Below, one piece after another: positions 10,559-24,419 of a DNA stretch of 64,000 nt; positions within the stretch are counted from its first letter, which is position 1; every line of letters begins with the position of its first letter. The position numbers and the translations under genes are program-made. The stretch is taken from positions 429,361-493,360 of the forward strand of contig NMRA01000262.1 of NCBI GenBank assembly GCA_002633005.1, in the 5' to 3' direction. The notes below the pieces were generated by a model. That model saw nothing but the letters and a program-made list of their open reading frames with translations, ran no database searches and was not told the origin of the DNA. The DNA comes from Phoronis australis (Eukaryota > Animalia > Phoronida).

Positions 10559-12268
10559 TTTTTATGCACCCACATACTTATATGTGGACGCATTATGCCG
10601 TCATCTTCGTCCGTCCGTCCCGTCCGTCCGTCCGTCCGTCCGGGGTCCAGCGTCCGCTACTCTATCTCCAAAACCCTTTGACATACGTTCTTGAAATTTG
10701 GCACATATGTTCCATTCATAAATGGGACGGCATGAGCGAACTTTCGGACGGATCCGATTACCAGTGTGCCCCCTAGTGGCAATTTTAGTTTTTTATACGT
10801 ACCTTTGTATCTTCAAAAGTCCTGAACGGATTTTCATGAAATTTGGTATGTAGGCACCTATTAGTGAGGTGACGCTGTCCTCTTGTTTTCGGATGGATTC
10901 GACGTAGTTTGCGCCACCTAGTGGCCATTTTTACTGTCGAGTCTGTTTTTTGTGTCCACCCCTCTATCAACCAAACCGCTCAAAGGGTGATTGTGAAAAT
11001 TGGCATGTATGTGTTTACTATGAAGAGGATGGTTGACGATGATTTTCCGACGATTTCGAATACTGTGGCGCCTCCTAGTGGCAGTTTTGTTTTTTTGCGC
11101 CTATGTATGTATCTCCTAAACCGTTTGCAGGATCTTTACGAATGTTAACGATGGACGACGACTGTTGAACAGATCCGACGACAGGTGTGCCCCCTAGTGG
11201 CAATTTTATTTTTTTACGTTTACCTTTGTATCTTCAAAAGTCCGTAACGGATTTTCATGAAATTTAATATGTAGGCACCCATTAGTGGGATGACACTATC
11301 CTCCCGTTTTCGAATGTATTCGGCGTAGTTTGAGACACCTAGTGGCCATTTTTACTGTTTTCGAGTCCACCCCTCTATCAACCAAACCGCTCAAAGCATG
11401 ATTGTTGTGAAAATTGGCATGTATGTGCTTACTATAAAGAGGCCGGTTGACAATGATTTTCCGACGATTTCTACTACCTTGGCGCCTCCTAGTGGTAGTT
11501 TTGTTTTTGTTGCACCTATGGCTGTATCTCCTAAACCGTTCGCAGGATCTTTACTTAATGTAGCAACTGTATTTATATGATGTTGACTATAGATGACGAC
11601 GACTTTCGGACATATCTGACTACTGCTGTGCCCCCTAGTGGCAATTTTAGTTTTTTACGTTTAACTCCAGTATCTTTAAAGGTCCTCAACAGATTTTCAT
11701 AAAATTTTAAATATAGGCATGTATTGGTGTGATGACGCTATCCTGTTTTTGGATGGAATCTAAATATTTTGCACCACCTAGTGGCCATTTTTTGCTGTTT
11801 TCAAATCTTGTTTTTGGTGTCCACCCCTGTATCAACCAAACCATTTGAAAATTGGCATCTATGTTCTCAGTGTGAATACGACCTTTGATGATGGTGACTG
11901 ACTACTGTGGCGCCTCCTAGTGGTAGTTTTGTTTTGCGCCCATAGTTGTATCTCCTAAACCCACTGCAGAATCTTTACTAAATTTAGTAAGTGTATTAAT
12001 ATGAAGATAACAACAGACGACGATAACTTTCAGGCGGATCTAATGGACACAGTGCCCACTAGAGGCAATTTCATTTTATTCTGTTTTCCTTTGTTTCTCT
12101 GAAGTTCTTTGACAGATTTTTATGAAATATGTCATGTTCCTGTTTTTGGATTTATTATATGTTTTTGCGCCATCTAGTGGCCATTTTTATGATACAAATA
12201 AATAACCCTAAAAGCACAACATTTGCAATGTATTCGTGGGCGCATTTCAACGCTCCGCGTTGCTCTTG
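10559..12268 (+). mobile_element. Helentron-associated non-autonomous element (HINE/DINE-1-like) with internal satellite
   Basis: T-rich insertion site, subTIR ATGCACCCAC / GTGGGCGCAT, (GTCC)n microsatellite, about 145-bp tandem units, and a 3' hairpin CAACGC-TCC-GCGTTG followed by CTCTTG|TT. Confidence 0.85.
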
Positions 12269-14219
12269 TTATTGTAGGACGTTGGATTATCGTTTTTTGT
12301 AGAAGCGTAATGTGCGAAAAAAGAATGGTATATAATTTAAACATCTTGCAGATACAGTGTAATTGTAATTCTCATATCAATGATTAGCAGTCACCAGTTA
12401 GGAGTTGTGAAGCGTTAAGCGTTGACCAAGACGCGGGCCAGGCGTTTTTTCATGAAGCACTACGGAACGTTTTCGAGCGATTTTGTTAATAGTTCTGGTG
12501 AATGCCAGTGGACAACATAATACGTTTTACTACTTCAAGTGCTAAACTTGCACAAATTAATCAAAACATTTTTTTCGTCAAATAAGAATATCAGGTAAGA
12601 TTGGCATAAGAATATCAGGTAAGATTGGCTTTACAAAAAGTGTTGTAGGTATGTAGAAAACATTGAACATCTGGGAATTCAAATTTTATTAGAAACTTTG
12701 TGTGAAGTAATACTTTTGACTGATATTGATATTTTGTATTGAAGTATATAATAATCAGAAGTGCAATTGGGCAGTTCTACACACGCTATATAGCCCGCGA
12801 GCTAGCTGTATGAATACTATTGTCAAAATACAGCCAGGTACCACTAATTCTTGGTACAAATCTATTATATACTGAAATATTCAGCTTTGCGCCGATGTGG
12901 GTAAAAAACTGGCCACATAAAATCTGACACAAAATTAGTGTCATTTAAAACTACAGTTTCCTTGAGTAAACTAAATTATTGAACGGTGTTGGAAAAAATG
13001 ACGTTCCACCGTTATTTTGCTGCTAAAGTTGTCGAGCGATCTTTAGCTTCGATAGTTTGTTGTGACATGTACGCAACGTGTACTCTTGCGGACAGGACAC
13101 AAATGTTTGTGCTTTCTTTTTGCATATTAGAAGTACACAATTAATACCTGATAACGGTTTCATTAATTTAAGTACAAATCATTTCTAATGCACCTTAGAA
13201 TGCAAAATGTAACATGTCACAAATCTATTCTACGTTCTAAACTTTTGAGGAGTGGTAAAGGTCGCAATACAAAGCATTATTTGTTACGAAAGTCGCTCAA
13301 GGATACTTATACACTCATAGATTAAATCATTATTAAGCAGTAAGGGATTACGAAAATGTAGCATAAAGGTTTATGAACTCGGTCCGTGAATTCTCATGAC
13401 CTGCACTAGCGGTGCCAGCACGCGTGTGACATCAACGGTCCAAAAGGACCTTGATCAGTCTCGTCCCAACCCTCAAGATAGCGCTGACCGGTTTTAACGT
13501 TTGAGGGTGGAAAACACCTTCTGCGCAATGATTGGCCGAGAGATGTTGAAAGGTTTAAGAAAAAGCGCGTGCACGTGATACGAGCATACCTTTTCCAAAA
13601 TGACGACAGACTTTCTTTGCGAATTGGATAGCTTTTTGCACTTAAACGGCAGTATCGGGCAAGGTGAGTGTCGGTTGACTCACATATTTTGCATGCACCC
13701 CCGCTGGTCGTTAGATTTATATTTTGAAATAACTCTCACGAGTAGGTGACGAGTAAAGTTCCCGAGATGTGTGCAATTTCGGGGTCTAATGGAGCTCAAC
13801 ACACGGTGGTACCCAGCTGTATGTTGATGATCATAGTTTTCATACTGCTAGCTGGCTGGCTAATGCCTTTGCCTCACCCCGTCTCAAACACTCGTTTACG
13901 ATTGCAAAACAGGTAAAATGTTTTTAAGTCATTTCTAGGCAAATGACCACGTGAACTGTGTGAGTTGAAAAAGTCTTGCATGGTACAAATCACTATATAC
14001 TTACATTAGCCATGCATGACACAAAAGGATAGGAGTGGTTTCTAAGGAGGTGTTTTTTGTCAATTGCATTTCCATTCACGAGTAAGAAACGTGCATCGAA
14101 AACACGCGATCGGAAGTAATTTTCCATAGCTCGTGATCGATCTGAATCTTTGCTCACTAGAATAGAAAGTTTCAAAACAAAAATCCACCAATTACATGAT
14201 AACCTTCAGCTCATATTTT

Positions 14220-14448
14220 TAGACACGAAGTATAAGACGCGAAAGAATGACCTATTAGACACGAAACAATGACTTAATAGACACAAAACAATGGCCTATT
14301 AGGCGCGAAACAATGACCAATTACACAAGAAACAATGCGCAATTAGACAAGAAACAATGACCTATTAAACAAAAAAAATCAAAAATAACAGTCATTGACC
14401 TAATAAACGCGAAACAATGACCTATTTGACAGAAAACAATGACCTATT
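14220..14448. repeat. About 22-bp degenerate minisatellite
   Basis: AGACACGAAACAATGACCTATT-like units. Confidence 0.85.
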
Positions 14449-15439
14449 GTTCCCGCCACTTGACTAAGAGAAAACTGCGTGTTGTGGAAAACATCGTACT
14501 CATTATGAAATTTCAAAAGAAGAAATTCAACAGGTTTGCACTCCAAGATCACAATACTAGTGACCTTCGATTGCAAGTTAAAGCGAAACTTGCAGGCTAC
14601 TTCCTTGTCTCTGTGGTTGCTTGGCCCAATTACTTAGAAACTTAATATAACAAAGCCACGATGTGAATATGAAATTGCCAAATGCTTTTGAGAACGTGTC
14701 CAGTAAGTATCGTAATGTGGTTCTGAGGAATAACACTGGATGATGAAACGATCAGATGTTTGCAGAATTTTTGTTTTGTTAACATATTTACAACGAATAC
14801 AACTGCACATTTGTGGTAAAATAGCATTCCTTGTTGTCGTTTAGTTCTTGCTGTAGAGTGGCACACTAAAGCGCATGGGAATAAGTCTTTAAACGCGAAC
14901 CATGGCACTGTGTCTCAAAAAGAATTCTATTAATGCATGTTAACAGATTTAATACTCTTTAGCATACCTGTACTATCACGTTTATGGTAATAGATTTGTG
15001 CAATTTGGTTGACTTCGAACGCTAAAACTAGATAAACTGGGGCAAATCTGTGAACACGTGGATATTGAAATTCTCAGCTGCTGATCAAAGAGTAGGGAGA
15101 CACCTATTGGCCCTTTATCTTTGTCAGCTCATTTACATTTTTGCTCCTACATATTCATATGTGATTGCATGATACTGTCATCCCTGTCCATCAGCTGATG
15201 TACATGTATCGTGTTGCCGAGATATAGTGATTTTTGAACGGGTCTGACCGCTGTGATGGACGGCATGAGCAAATGTTCAGATGGGGCCTACTACTCATTT
15301 GCTCCGTAGTGGTGATTTTAGTTTTTTATATTTAGCTTTGTCTCTTCGTAGTTCTTTCGACGTGTTTCGATGAAATTCCACAGTTGGTAGCTATTTAGGA
15401 ATTGACGATGCATTCTTGTTTTCGAATTGCCACCTGGTG

Positions 15440-15600
15440 TCCTTTTTAACCGTTTGAAGACTATTTGAAGCGTTCCTCCTTCTATTGGCCATGTTGTGCG
15501 TGAACTTGGAATCGTGAGTGAACTTGGAATAAATTTCTCTTCCAAGTTCACGCAAGTGATCTTGAGATTAAGCAAGCGTTTGCGACATCTTGTGTGCAAC
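15440..15600. repeat. TTCCAAGTTCACGCAAG-rich short dispersed repeat (second copy at 23370-23520)
   Basis: The repeated motif and CTTGAGATTAAGCAAG are shared between the two sites. Confidence 0.6.
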
Positions 15601-16769
15601 TGTTAAGTAAAATTTGTAATGGTGGACACGAATTTGTTTGTCATGAGTTATTGTGTCTGTTTTAATTATATTTATTGCCCATTCTGTATGTTATTCTGGT
15701 CTCGGTAATTGTTTCCAAAGGTGGCCTGACTGGGATGTTTGGGTGGGTGACTGGCAACCTGAGACCTTTCCAATGAAAACTAGGTCGGATACAATGAATA
15801 ACTAGCGAGTACCTACCGTACCGAGAGGGGTTTTGCATTGAATAGTTTGTCCTGCTCCGTTGTACCTGTCACCTCACCGCCCGTGTATACGCCAGTGCTT
15901 AGAGCTCGCAATTTGCTCGTAATTGGTGGAAGTGTTTTCATTTTATATCTCACTTATGACATCGTCAATCGTTGGCAGCATAGCCTTAAGCAGGGATATG
16001 TAATACTTTCTTATCTGATTAGGAAGAAATTCAGATAACACTTGTTGAGTAAAGGTGTTATTTTTGGGAAATAAAGTGGAAATACTAATTTCATTTTTAA
16101 ACGTGCAATTTAATGAATATTAGTTTTTCATTATTATGCTGTGTGATGTCATCAGGTCTAAATATTGATGGCAATCAGACAATAGTTACAGAACACAACT
16201 CTCTGAGGTTCTGTTGACAGGTTTTGAATGTTCTCATAGAGATGATTAGACTTTTCTGGCCTACCATATTTTTACCTTTCTCTGCTCAGTACAGACCAAC
16301 ATAACAATACGCCAATGTGTGTAAAGACTTTATGATATACAGACAAAAGTGGCCCAATGAAATAATACTGTCCATACCACTTGCATTGGCACAATATCTT
16401 ACACACCACCGCCCAGCATTCGCTGTTTGAAAAGCAACCGTGTTAGACTGAGTGAGGTAACATATGCATATGCGTCTTTTGCAGGTTGTCGACATCTCTA
16501 AATACAGTTGATAACATTTAACAACTGGACTGAAACATGGTGGCATACAGTAATTTTTGATACAAATGTTCCCATGTGAGTGAGGAGCATACATGTACAG
16601 AGGTAATGACACATCTAAGTTGTGTTAATATTGTTTTTTTCGTTATGCAAGACAGGTGATTTTCAGCTTTTTTATGTAGTTGTCATTGTCCTTGAAGGTT
16701 GTCTTCTAGCAAGAAAGTGTTTGTTCCATCAACTCTTTCATTTATAGGTTGTATTTAGTTGTCTATAGC

Positions 16770-17074
16770 ATAGGCGGGGACCCAGCGGGCCCGCCCCCAG
16801 CAAAATGAAACAAAAAGCGTGAAGCGCGAAGAAAAAGAGCTAGGAGTTCAGTAACTAGAACCGGTAGCGGATGGGGGGGGGGCTCAGATCCCAGATCGCG
16901 GCGGAATCGTGTTCCCGCTTTTGCTTAGTCCACCGATAGATTTTCTGAACAGAAGGTTCACATCCTCGGCTCCCGCAACTTTCGGACCCCCTATGCACAT
17001 AAATCGCGCTTTGCCCAATTCCCTGAGGCCAACATGTTGGGTTGCCCCCTTATGGCATCCTAGATCCGCCACTG
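16770..17074 (-). mobile_element. MITE of the CAGTGGCGGATCT family (inverted copy at 44011-44293)
   Basis: Terminal GATCCGCCACTG; internal sequence is reverse-complement similar to 44011-44293. Confidence 0.7.
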
Positions 17075-19786
17075 TATAGTACATAAAATACTTGAATGCG
17101 ATGAGTGATCTTGTTTGAATATTCTGACAAATAAATTATCATTGTCAAAATGTGAAAAAGAGAATAATAAAATTTCCGTTTACTTGAATTTCTATGACAT
17201 TCACCTACTGACAATAAATCTCGATCCTTGTTCACTTTTCAAAGCTCGTTATATATGTATTTGTCACAGGTATTATGCACGTCAACATGAAAACAATTTT
17301 GTCTGTAACGCGTATTTGTGATTGAAGAGTTTTGTATGTAGTATTATCGTGTTTGCATAAAGGGAATTTAAACTATTCTATTTATTTTAAACAGGTTCCA
17401 AGGATAAGAGGAAGAGTCCCCCTCAATTGACGCAGCACGTTCAAGCTACTAAATCAGGGACACACAACTGGTCTCATTGACAGCACATGTTTATGAACAT
17501 CTTTATCGCTTACAAAGCGTCGGTGATAACCATTCGTGCCACCGTGCATTGTCTGTAAGTTAGCCAAAGTTGGAGTACCCCATTTCATTGCTCTAACAGC
17601 ATTTGAAGCTGCTTGCCAATGAATCTCCTTAAATGCAGCATACATGTGTATGTCCCTCTCAGGTTTATGTAACCTAATCTGCCCGATAGATCAGTCTATT
17701 TTTCTTTCATTAAATGGCTACTGATGCCTCTTTAACGCTTTGATGTACTGACATTGTCGGCTTGCTTTGTTGTCAGGGTTTATGATTTGTATGGTATATG
17801 ATTGGTCACATTGCTAGTTGCGTGACATCCTGGTGGCGTAAATGAAAAGTCTTATTCCACAGAGAGGTGGATCAAAATAATAAAACTGTGTTCTAGACAA
17901 TCAGAGGACATCATAATCAGTTGTCATGTAATGAAACAGCATGAGTCACCCAAAATTTAATGTCAGGACATAAAGTTATGTGGCACCTTACTGACAAATA
18001 TCTACAAACTTTGGAATTTAACTTTTTAAAACACTACTTTAATTTATGAAAGTAGAGAGTCTGTATATATTGACTTTATATATCAACCTGCCATTAATTG
18101 GGTCCCGTGACCATATTTTTAATAAGATTCCGGAAAAAGGGAATACATAACAAAACAGAGGAGTCGATAGCACGACCAAATGCCGATTCTGATTTCTTAG
18201 TAATCCTTTTCGTTTTAATCAATGTTTGAGTTTTTCATGAAATTACTAAAAGTCCCGGTTTTAGCTAGCCCTCCCATGCCAAAGAAGATCAGACAAAAGA
18301 CAATCTCTAAAAGCCTGATGGGGAACAGTGCATAAAGTACAAGATCTGAAAGTTTTCATTGGAATAATATCAGCCATTTGCAAGATATGTTTTCCGCTTT
18401 ACCAAGTTTAGATATTTGTCTAGGATCTCCCATAACCTTAACCTGATGCTTGAACACTTTTCTTTTACTGCGCAGTGAATGATGTCGTATAACTGTTAGT
18501 CTTCACATACGCCATATGTTGATCACATCAGCTGTTGGCTAACAGGTTAGCAGAAAGTCCTGGGTTCAAACTTTGGTGGGGACAGAGAGCATTTTAGATG
18601 TAACTATGTATCACCTGATGCCAACAAATATCGGGTGTGAAAAGATGAATTTTTTGCTTATTATTCTTAAAATTCTAACAATATTTTCCTTTGAATTAAA
18701 GTTAGGGCCAGACTCCAGTCAAAATGGAATCAGTTATTTTGACGTAATCACCTTTTTAAGTTTGCCTCTGTATGGTAGGAGTTCGTTGGCATACTTTAAT
18801 GAAATTTGACACAGTTGTGTTTTACAGATATGACGCCACCTTCTCAATTCGGATGGGTTTAACACACTATGCACCATCTAATGATCATTTTTATGATTCC
18901 AAAAACACGACTGGAATTGCGTTGCAGTCGTGGGTGCAATAGCTCTTGTATACAGAAGGCAAGCATCGAGAATTTTTACACCGTTTGAGCATTTATTACA
19001 GTACTGCATTTTACAAAGGTTATGATAAGTGTGTAGGGGGATGGATTGTTTTTCAAATGAGAACCATTCATTACACAACACACATCCCATGGAGTCCGCT
19101 CAGTGTTGTCATCGAAAAATTATTGTTGGTTACTGCATCAGAATATTTGTGCAAGTCGGGATGTTGCGATGTTGCATTTTAAAAGTACATGTACCAAGAG
19201 ATTTCAAAAAGAAAGTAGACAGACTTCAACAGAAGTCTCCAAGACTGCCAAATTTGGATAAACTCCTTACCAGAATAATTTGTCAGTTTACGTAGTCGAA
19301 TGTTTGTCAGAGTTGAATGTCGACATTGTGTCTAGTCCTTTATTTTTTGTTTGTGAATGGTCTTGCGCAATAAGTTGTTTTTGTTGAGATTTAGCTAGAG
19401 TTGGATTGGATTCTATTGGAAAAGAAACAAATATTTTATTAGCCTTGTCAAATTACGACATTGAGTAGTTTAGTTTGAAAAATATTGTATGCTAGCCTTT
19501 GTACCTTTACACAGTATGTCTTAGGTTGTATTATAATTTGGTGGTATTTTGGAAAAAATAAAAACTTAGACCTGTCCATGCAGATATTGTTAAAGCAACG
19601 TCACATTCTTATTTTTAAATATCTTTAAAAACTATCCACCATTTTCGTTGTAACATACATCATCTCCAGAGGCTCCGGTCCACCTGCACTAACATTGTGA
19701 ACATGTTTTCTGTGGCACCTGAGCTTTCCAAAAAGAATGGGCCCAGCTCGAGGATTTCATTTTTGTCTATGAAAGTGTCTCATTAA

Positions 19787-21432
19787 AGGAGCATGTCACC
19801 CAAAAAACAACCTAATTTAGATCGAGTAGTTCTACTCCATAACGACACGTACGTTTGCGTTGCCTGACACCTGACGGCAGACGGAGGTGTTGAAATTATC
19901 CAATGACATCATCGGTTTCACACGTACTCTGTTCAGCAGTTCACAACACGGTTTACTGGTGTCAGCTTATCGCTTGAAGTCATTGTTTAACACCAATAAA
20001 TCATTAAATTTCGATGTAAAACCGATAAAATAACACCGAGTTCTTATAAAAACGTGTTGTTTTATTTCGCTGTTACGGATTTATTGGAATTTGGACACAC
20101 CTTAGCCTACAAAGTTCGGCAGGCCAATAAGGTCCGTAGCAGGAGTTTGGGGTCTGTTCGGAGATAATTTCGAAGTATTTTCCGTGAGATACAGATAGGA
20201 GAACCTAGATCTGCGTTGTTTAGACTTGTGATTAATTGAGTTCTAAACACAAAGCGAGGAGCCCCGGCCGATCAGGCCCGTCGGGGCCGACCGGATTGAC
20301 TCGTTATCCCGGGCACTAGCTCGGAAACTGATCAGACATCACGAACATAAACCAGCCAAAGTTCAGTGGAAACTAAACTTCCAGTCAAGAAAATAGTATA
20401 CTAGTGACCCAAAGTAATGTGCACGTGATTATGTTGGTGAATTAGCCACGAAACTTCAAATCTACTTACTCGTCGGGGGCCGCAAATTCAGGTTCCGCTT
20501 TGGCCACAGCACCGTCAGGGTAGAAGTTGTACATTGACAATCATTATTTGAGTAATGTAAATGTAAATAAAGATTCCCCTAACACCTGGCCGTGGGATGG
20601 AATTCGAGTTGTTTCACAACAGTTTCTGCCAGCAAACACTAAATTAGCATGAGCTCACACGGCCTCGGTCTCCCGTCAATTGAGTTTTATTGCACCTAAA
20701 GCCGGTAACGCAGTGATTTATTCATTGCTGGCTTCTCAAATCATTTGCTCTCACGAACATTACAAATTGCATCTTATGAGACAGACTTTGTTTCGGTTTT
20801 ATATAAGTATTGGTTAGGGTGAGAATAATTCATTTTAAAATAGAATGCTCAGTAATAAACGTCAACATGGCAACTCGCAATCCCGACTTGGGACGAGCTA
20901 CTAGAGCTCATCAGTCCCGACTTTGCAGGTGGATCGTTAAGTTTTACAGGCTATCAATTTGAACAGGAATACAGTGATGAAGAAATACTAGAGACGTGCC
21001 GTGAACAAGCTCAGACAACGGAACGTATGTAGTTATTTGGTAAGCCGGCATTCGTCAGGCACTGTCGACGTCTGCAGGCCACAGACACGGAGGTGTTTCA
21101 CGGCCTCATACTTGCTATTTACAGCGTACATTTCATTCTTCAATACCATGAGCCACTTCCTAAGCATTTCGGACTCTCGAGGTAGTAAAATAAAAACAAT
21201 ATACCCGCTTTCCTCGCAGCTGCTTAGTTCGGACAAGCGGGAACGATGCACTGCATCATAGCGGCATTCACTCTGCATATGAACCACTGACGTCGCTATC
21301 GTCGTTTCTCACCTTCCTCACAAGTTAACGCGACACCTCTTGACAAGGTAAGGTCGACCGTATGCGAGGCGATGTGGATATAGACCGATTAAGACGGCAA
21401 AAAAGACTAATTAAATCGGGTGGCATTCTCCT
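19787..21432. mobile_element. Second deleted Kolobok (different family)
   Basis: TTAA|AGGAGCATGTCACCC ... GGGTGGCATTCTCCT|TTAA (13/15 TIR match). Plus strand has a KolX start (GYQFEQEYSDEEIL, about 20948-20990). Minus strand has a degenerate THAP (FILLPR...LRKW...KHLRVCGL, 21033-21287). Confidence 0.8.
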
Positions 21433-22149
21433 TTAAAGGTATCAAAATTTTTATAAAATTGAAAATGCGAAACCACATTCTGTTTTAAGTACTGGTTAAA
21501 TTTGGAATTATGTAGAAGACGATTGCTAAATGTGTTAGAGTAGTCTCAAGAACAAGAATTGCGTTTAGAGTTTATTGTAATTTGCGAGAGAAATCTTGCT
21601 TCAACACTTATTTTTTGTAAAATGAAAAGACATTTATTCCAAGTTTGCTTCTTAAAGGGAACAGTGTTTTTTTCTGAATTAATTTAGCATACAGCTTTGT
21701 ACCAAGGCAAGGGCAACGGATGGTATCCTATGTCTACCCTCTTAGATGACACCTTTTCACAGAGTTTGAACAACTAGGTGCCATACAAAAAAGCATGGAG
21801 AACTTTTTACTACACTGGCAAACAGTAAATAATAAGAATCTGCGATACAATGATAAAACGCGACGTAAACTCTATCCACTCAATGCCCCAATATGGAGCA
21901 GAAATATGTGATAAGCAGTCGATGCCCTGTCAATCACTGACATATCAGCCAATCAGAGATTGTTGTCAGCATTAGTGTTTTTACAATAAAATGTGAATCA
22001 GCTTTTGTTTGGAGCGCAACTCGGGCAAATGTGAGTTTTATTTGTATTTTAGAACCGGTTTACTACTGCATTATTTTTACTAAAGTCATCTTTTAAACTT
22101 GGCATTGGGTAAAAATTAATCGCTGATAATTTACAGGGATAGAAAAAAT

Positions 22150-23035
22150 ATTCATAATGTCTTGTAATCTTTCAGAGAATGCTTACTTCACAACATATCG
22201 TTTGTAAAGGGAAAAAGAATGGCCTGCTTAAACGTGGAATTCGGAAGAAAATAATTGTTAACGTGTTCAATAAAGTCTCAAGATAAGTAAAAGCTGTGCT
22301 TACAAGATATTGAAACCATCCAGAGAATGTTTGGTTCATCATGTGACTTTGTAAGGCTAATATACAATCATTCCAAGTTTAAACAAGGGCGTGGCTTGCT
22401 TAAACTTGGAATTGGGTAGAAAACAATTTGCGAATGCATTCAGAGGTGTTCCAAACATAATAGAAAATTCATTTATGACATACTGTAACCGGTCAGAGAA
22501 TATTTGCTACACCACACGATTTTTTGTAAAGAAGAAATTGAATTATTCCAAGTTTAAGCAAGGATGTGGCTTGCGTAAACTTGGATTTGGGTGCAAAAAA
22601 TACGAAATGCATTCAGGGGTGTTTCAAAAGTAATAGAAAATGCATTTGCAATGTATTGAAACCAGCGAAAGAATGTTTGGTTAACCACGTGATTTTTTGT
22701 AAGGCTGACACTGGATTCTTTCAAGTTTTAAACGAGCCACGCCCTTGCTGAAACTTGGAATTGGGTAGAAAAAACTGCGAATGCGCTCAGAAGTGTTCCA
22801 AAATTTATAGAAAATGCATTTAAAATGTCTTGCAACCAGTTACCGAATGTTTGGTTCACCATGTGATTTTTTGTAAAGCAGAAATTAAATTCTTCCAAGT
22901 TAAAGCAAGGGCGTATCTTGCATAAACTTGGAATTTACGGGGTAGAATAAATTCGGCCAGAGGTCTTCCGAAATTAATAGAAAATGCATTTAAAATGTAT
23001 TGCAACCAGTGAGTGAATGTTTATTTCACCCCTTG
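22150..23035. repeat. About 175-bp satellite, about 5 diverged units
   Basis: AAACTTGGA(A/T)TT-like motifs recur near 22230, 22402, 22577, 22752 and 22924 with conserved flanks. Confidence 0.85.
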
Positions 23036-24419
23036 ATCAAACGTCAACCAGGCACTAATTTCAAACATCCAGCTTTATTTTTATATTGGAATAGGCAGCA
23101 ACACAGAAATAATACGACTCAAATGGCCACAATAGGTGTAGCCGTATGGCTATGACCTTGAATGCTCGGTGCATTACTGAGAGACAATGTAATAATTACA
23201 GTCCTTAAATGAAATTTTATTCCAGTCCCTCGGTACTAACCAGTATTCATGAACAGGCCACGGGAGCTTTATCTCGATTTTTTAGAAATCTTTTCTCTCC
23301 GTAGGCTAACGGTTCAGTAACGATTTCAGCCCAAGCGCCTTGTTCTTTGATTGTGTACCAGGCAGCCGCTTAATTCCAAGTTCACGCAAGATTCCATGTT
23401 CACGTACGGGGTTTGGCAGTTTGCTTAATCTCAAGACCACTTGCGTGATCTTGCAATTCCAAGTTCACGCAACACTCACTTCCGCTTATTCTTGAGATTA
23501 AGCAAGATTCCAAGTTCCCGTACAACAGCCAAACCGCATTTATATGGGTGATTGTGAACTTTTGTTTATGCGTTCGCACTGGGAAGAGGGCGTGATGATG
23601 ATTTTTGGTTGTCTTCAACTATTCTGTTGACTCCTAGTGGCAGATTTTTTGTTTCCACGGCTGTCTCTCACGAACCCCTTGCAGGAACATGTTTAGATTC
23701 TGCCAATGTCGGCGACTTTTGGACAGATTCAAGTACCACTCTGCCGTCGTGCTGTTCTGTATCTTATAGTTCCTTCACGTATTTTCATGAAAGTTGGCTA
23801 AGACGTATAGATGAGGCAGCACCGTCTTTTTATTTAGTGATGGACTTGGTGTATTATGGGCTACCCTCTGTTTTTTTTTCTGTCTTACTGCTTTTAGGCT
23901 GACACTCATTGTTATATGACTGGGTGGCCAACAAAGGCACGGGTCGCTAATAGCTGACCACCGAGTAACAATAAATTAAATAGATATTAACAATTAAGAA
24001 AAATAATATAGACAACAACATAACAACGTACACCTGTAATGAAATAAAAGACAATTTAAGTATACTTAAAAACGTAAATTATATGTATTTTACAAAGAAT
24101 TAAACACAGAGACTATTGGTACAAGGGAAACAACACGTTTAGAAAAGCTTATGACTAAGATGTAAGACGTGATCACGGTTACCTCAATTAGGACATGCAT
24201 AACTATGTAGAACGTTACACTGAGAGCTGTAAGTGCTTAATATATATTTTTTAAATACATGGAAAACACATGTAAGCTATACGTATCTATTTTTCTGTTA
24301 AATATCTCGGAAAGATACAGTTGTCTATTAGGTTTGGTATTTTGAACTAGTTTAATGTCTTAAAAGACGTATTTTATCCAAATCACTCTAAAATAGGCAT
24401 GTGTTCACCCAGTGCTGCC

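Noticed and set aside
17394-17553. Plus-strand coding exon
   Set aside because: It has acceptor- and donor-like ends, but all three frames contain stops.
18900-19070. Cys-rich transposase C-terminus (Academ-like)
   Set aside because: Only scattered Cys motifs across frames; too decayed to support by eye.
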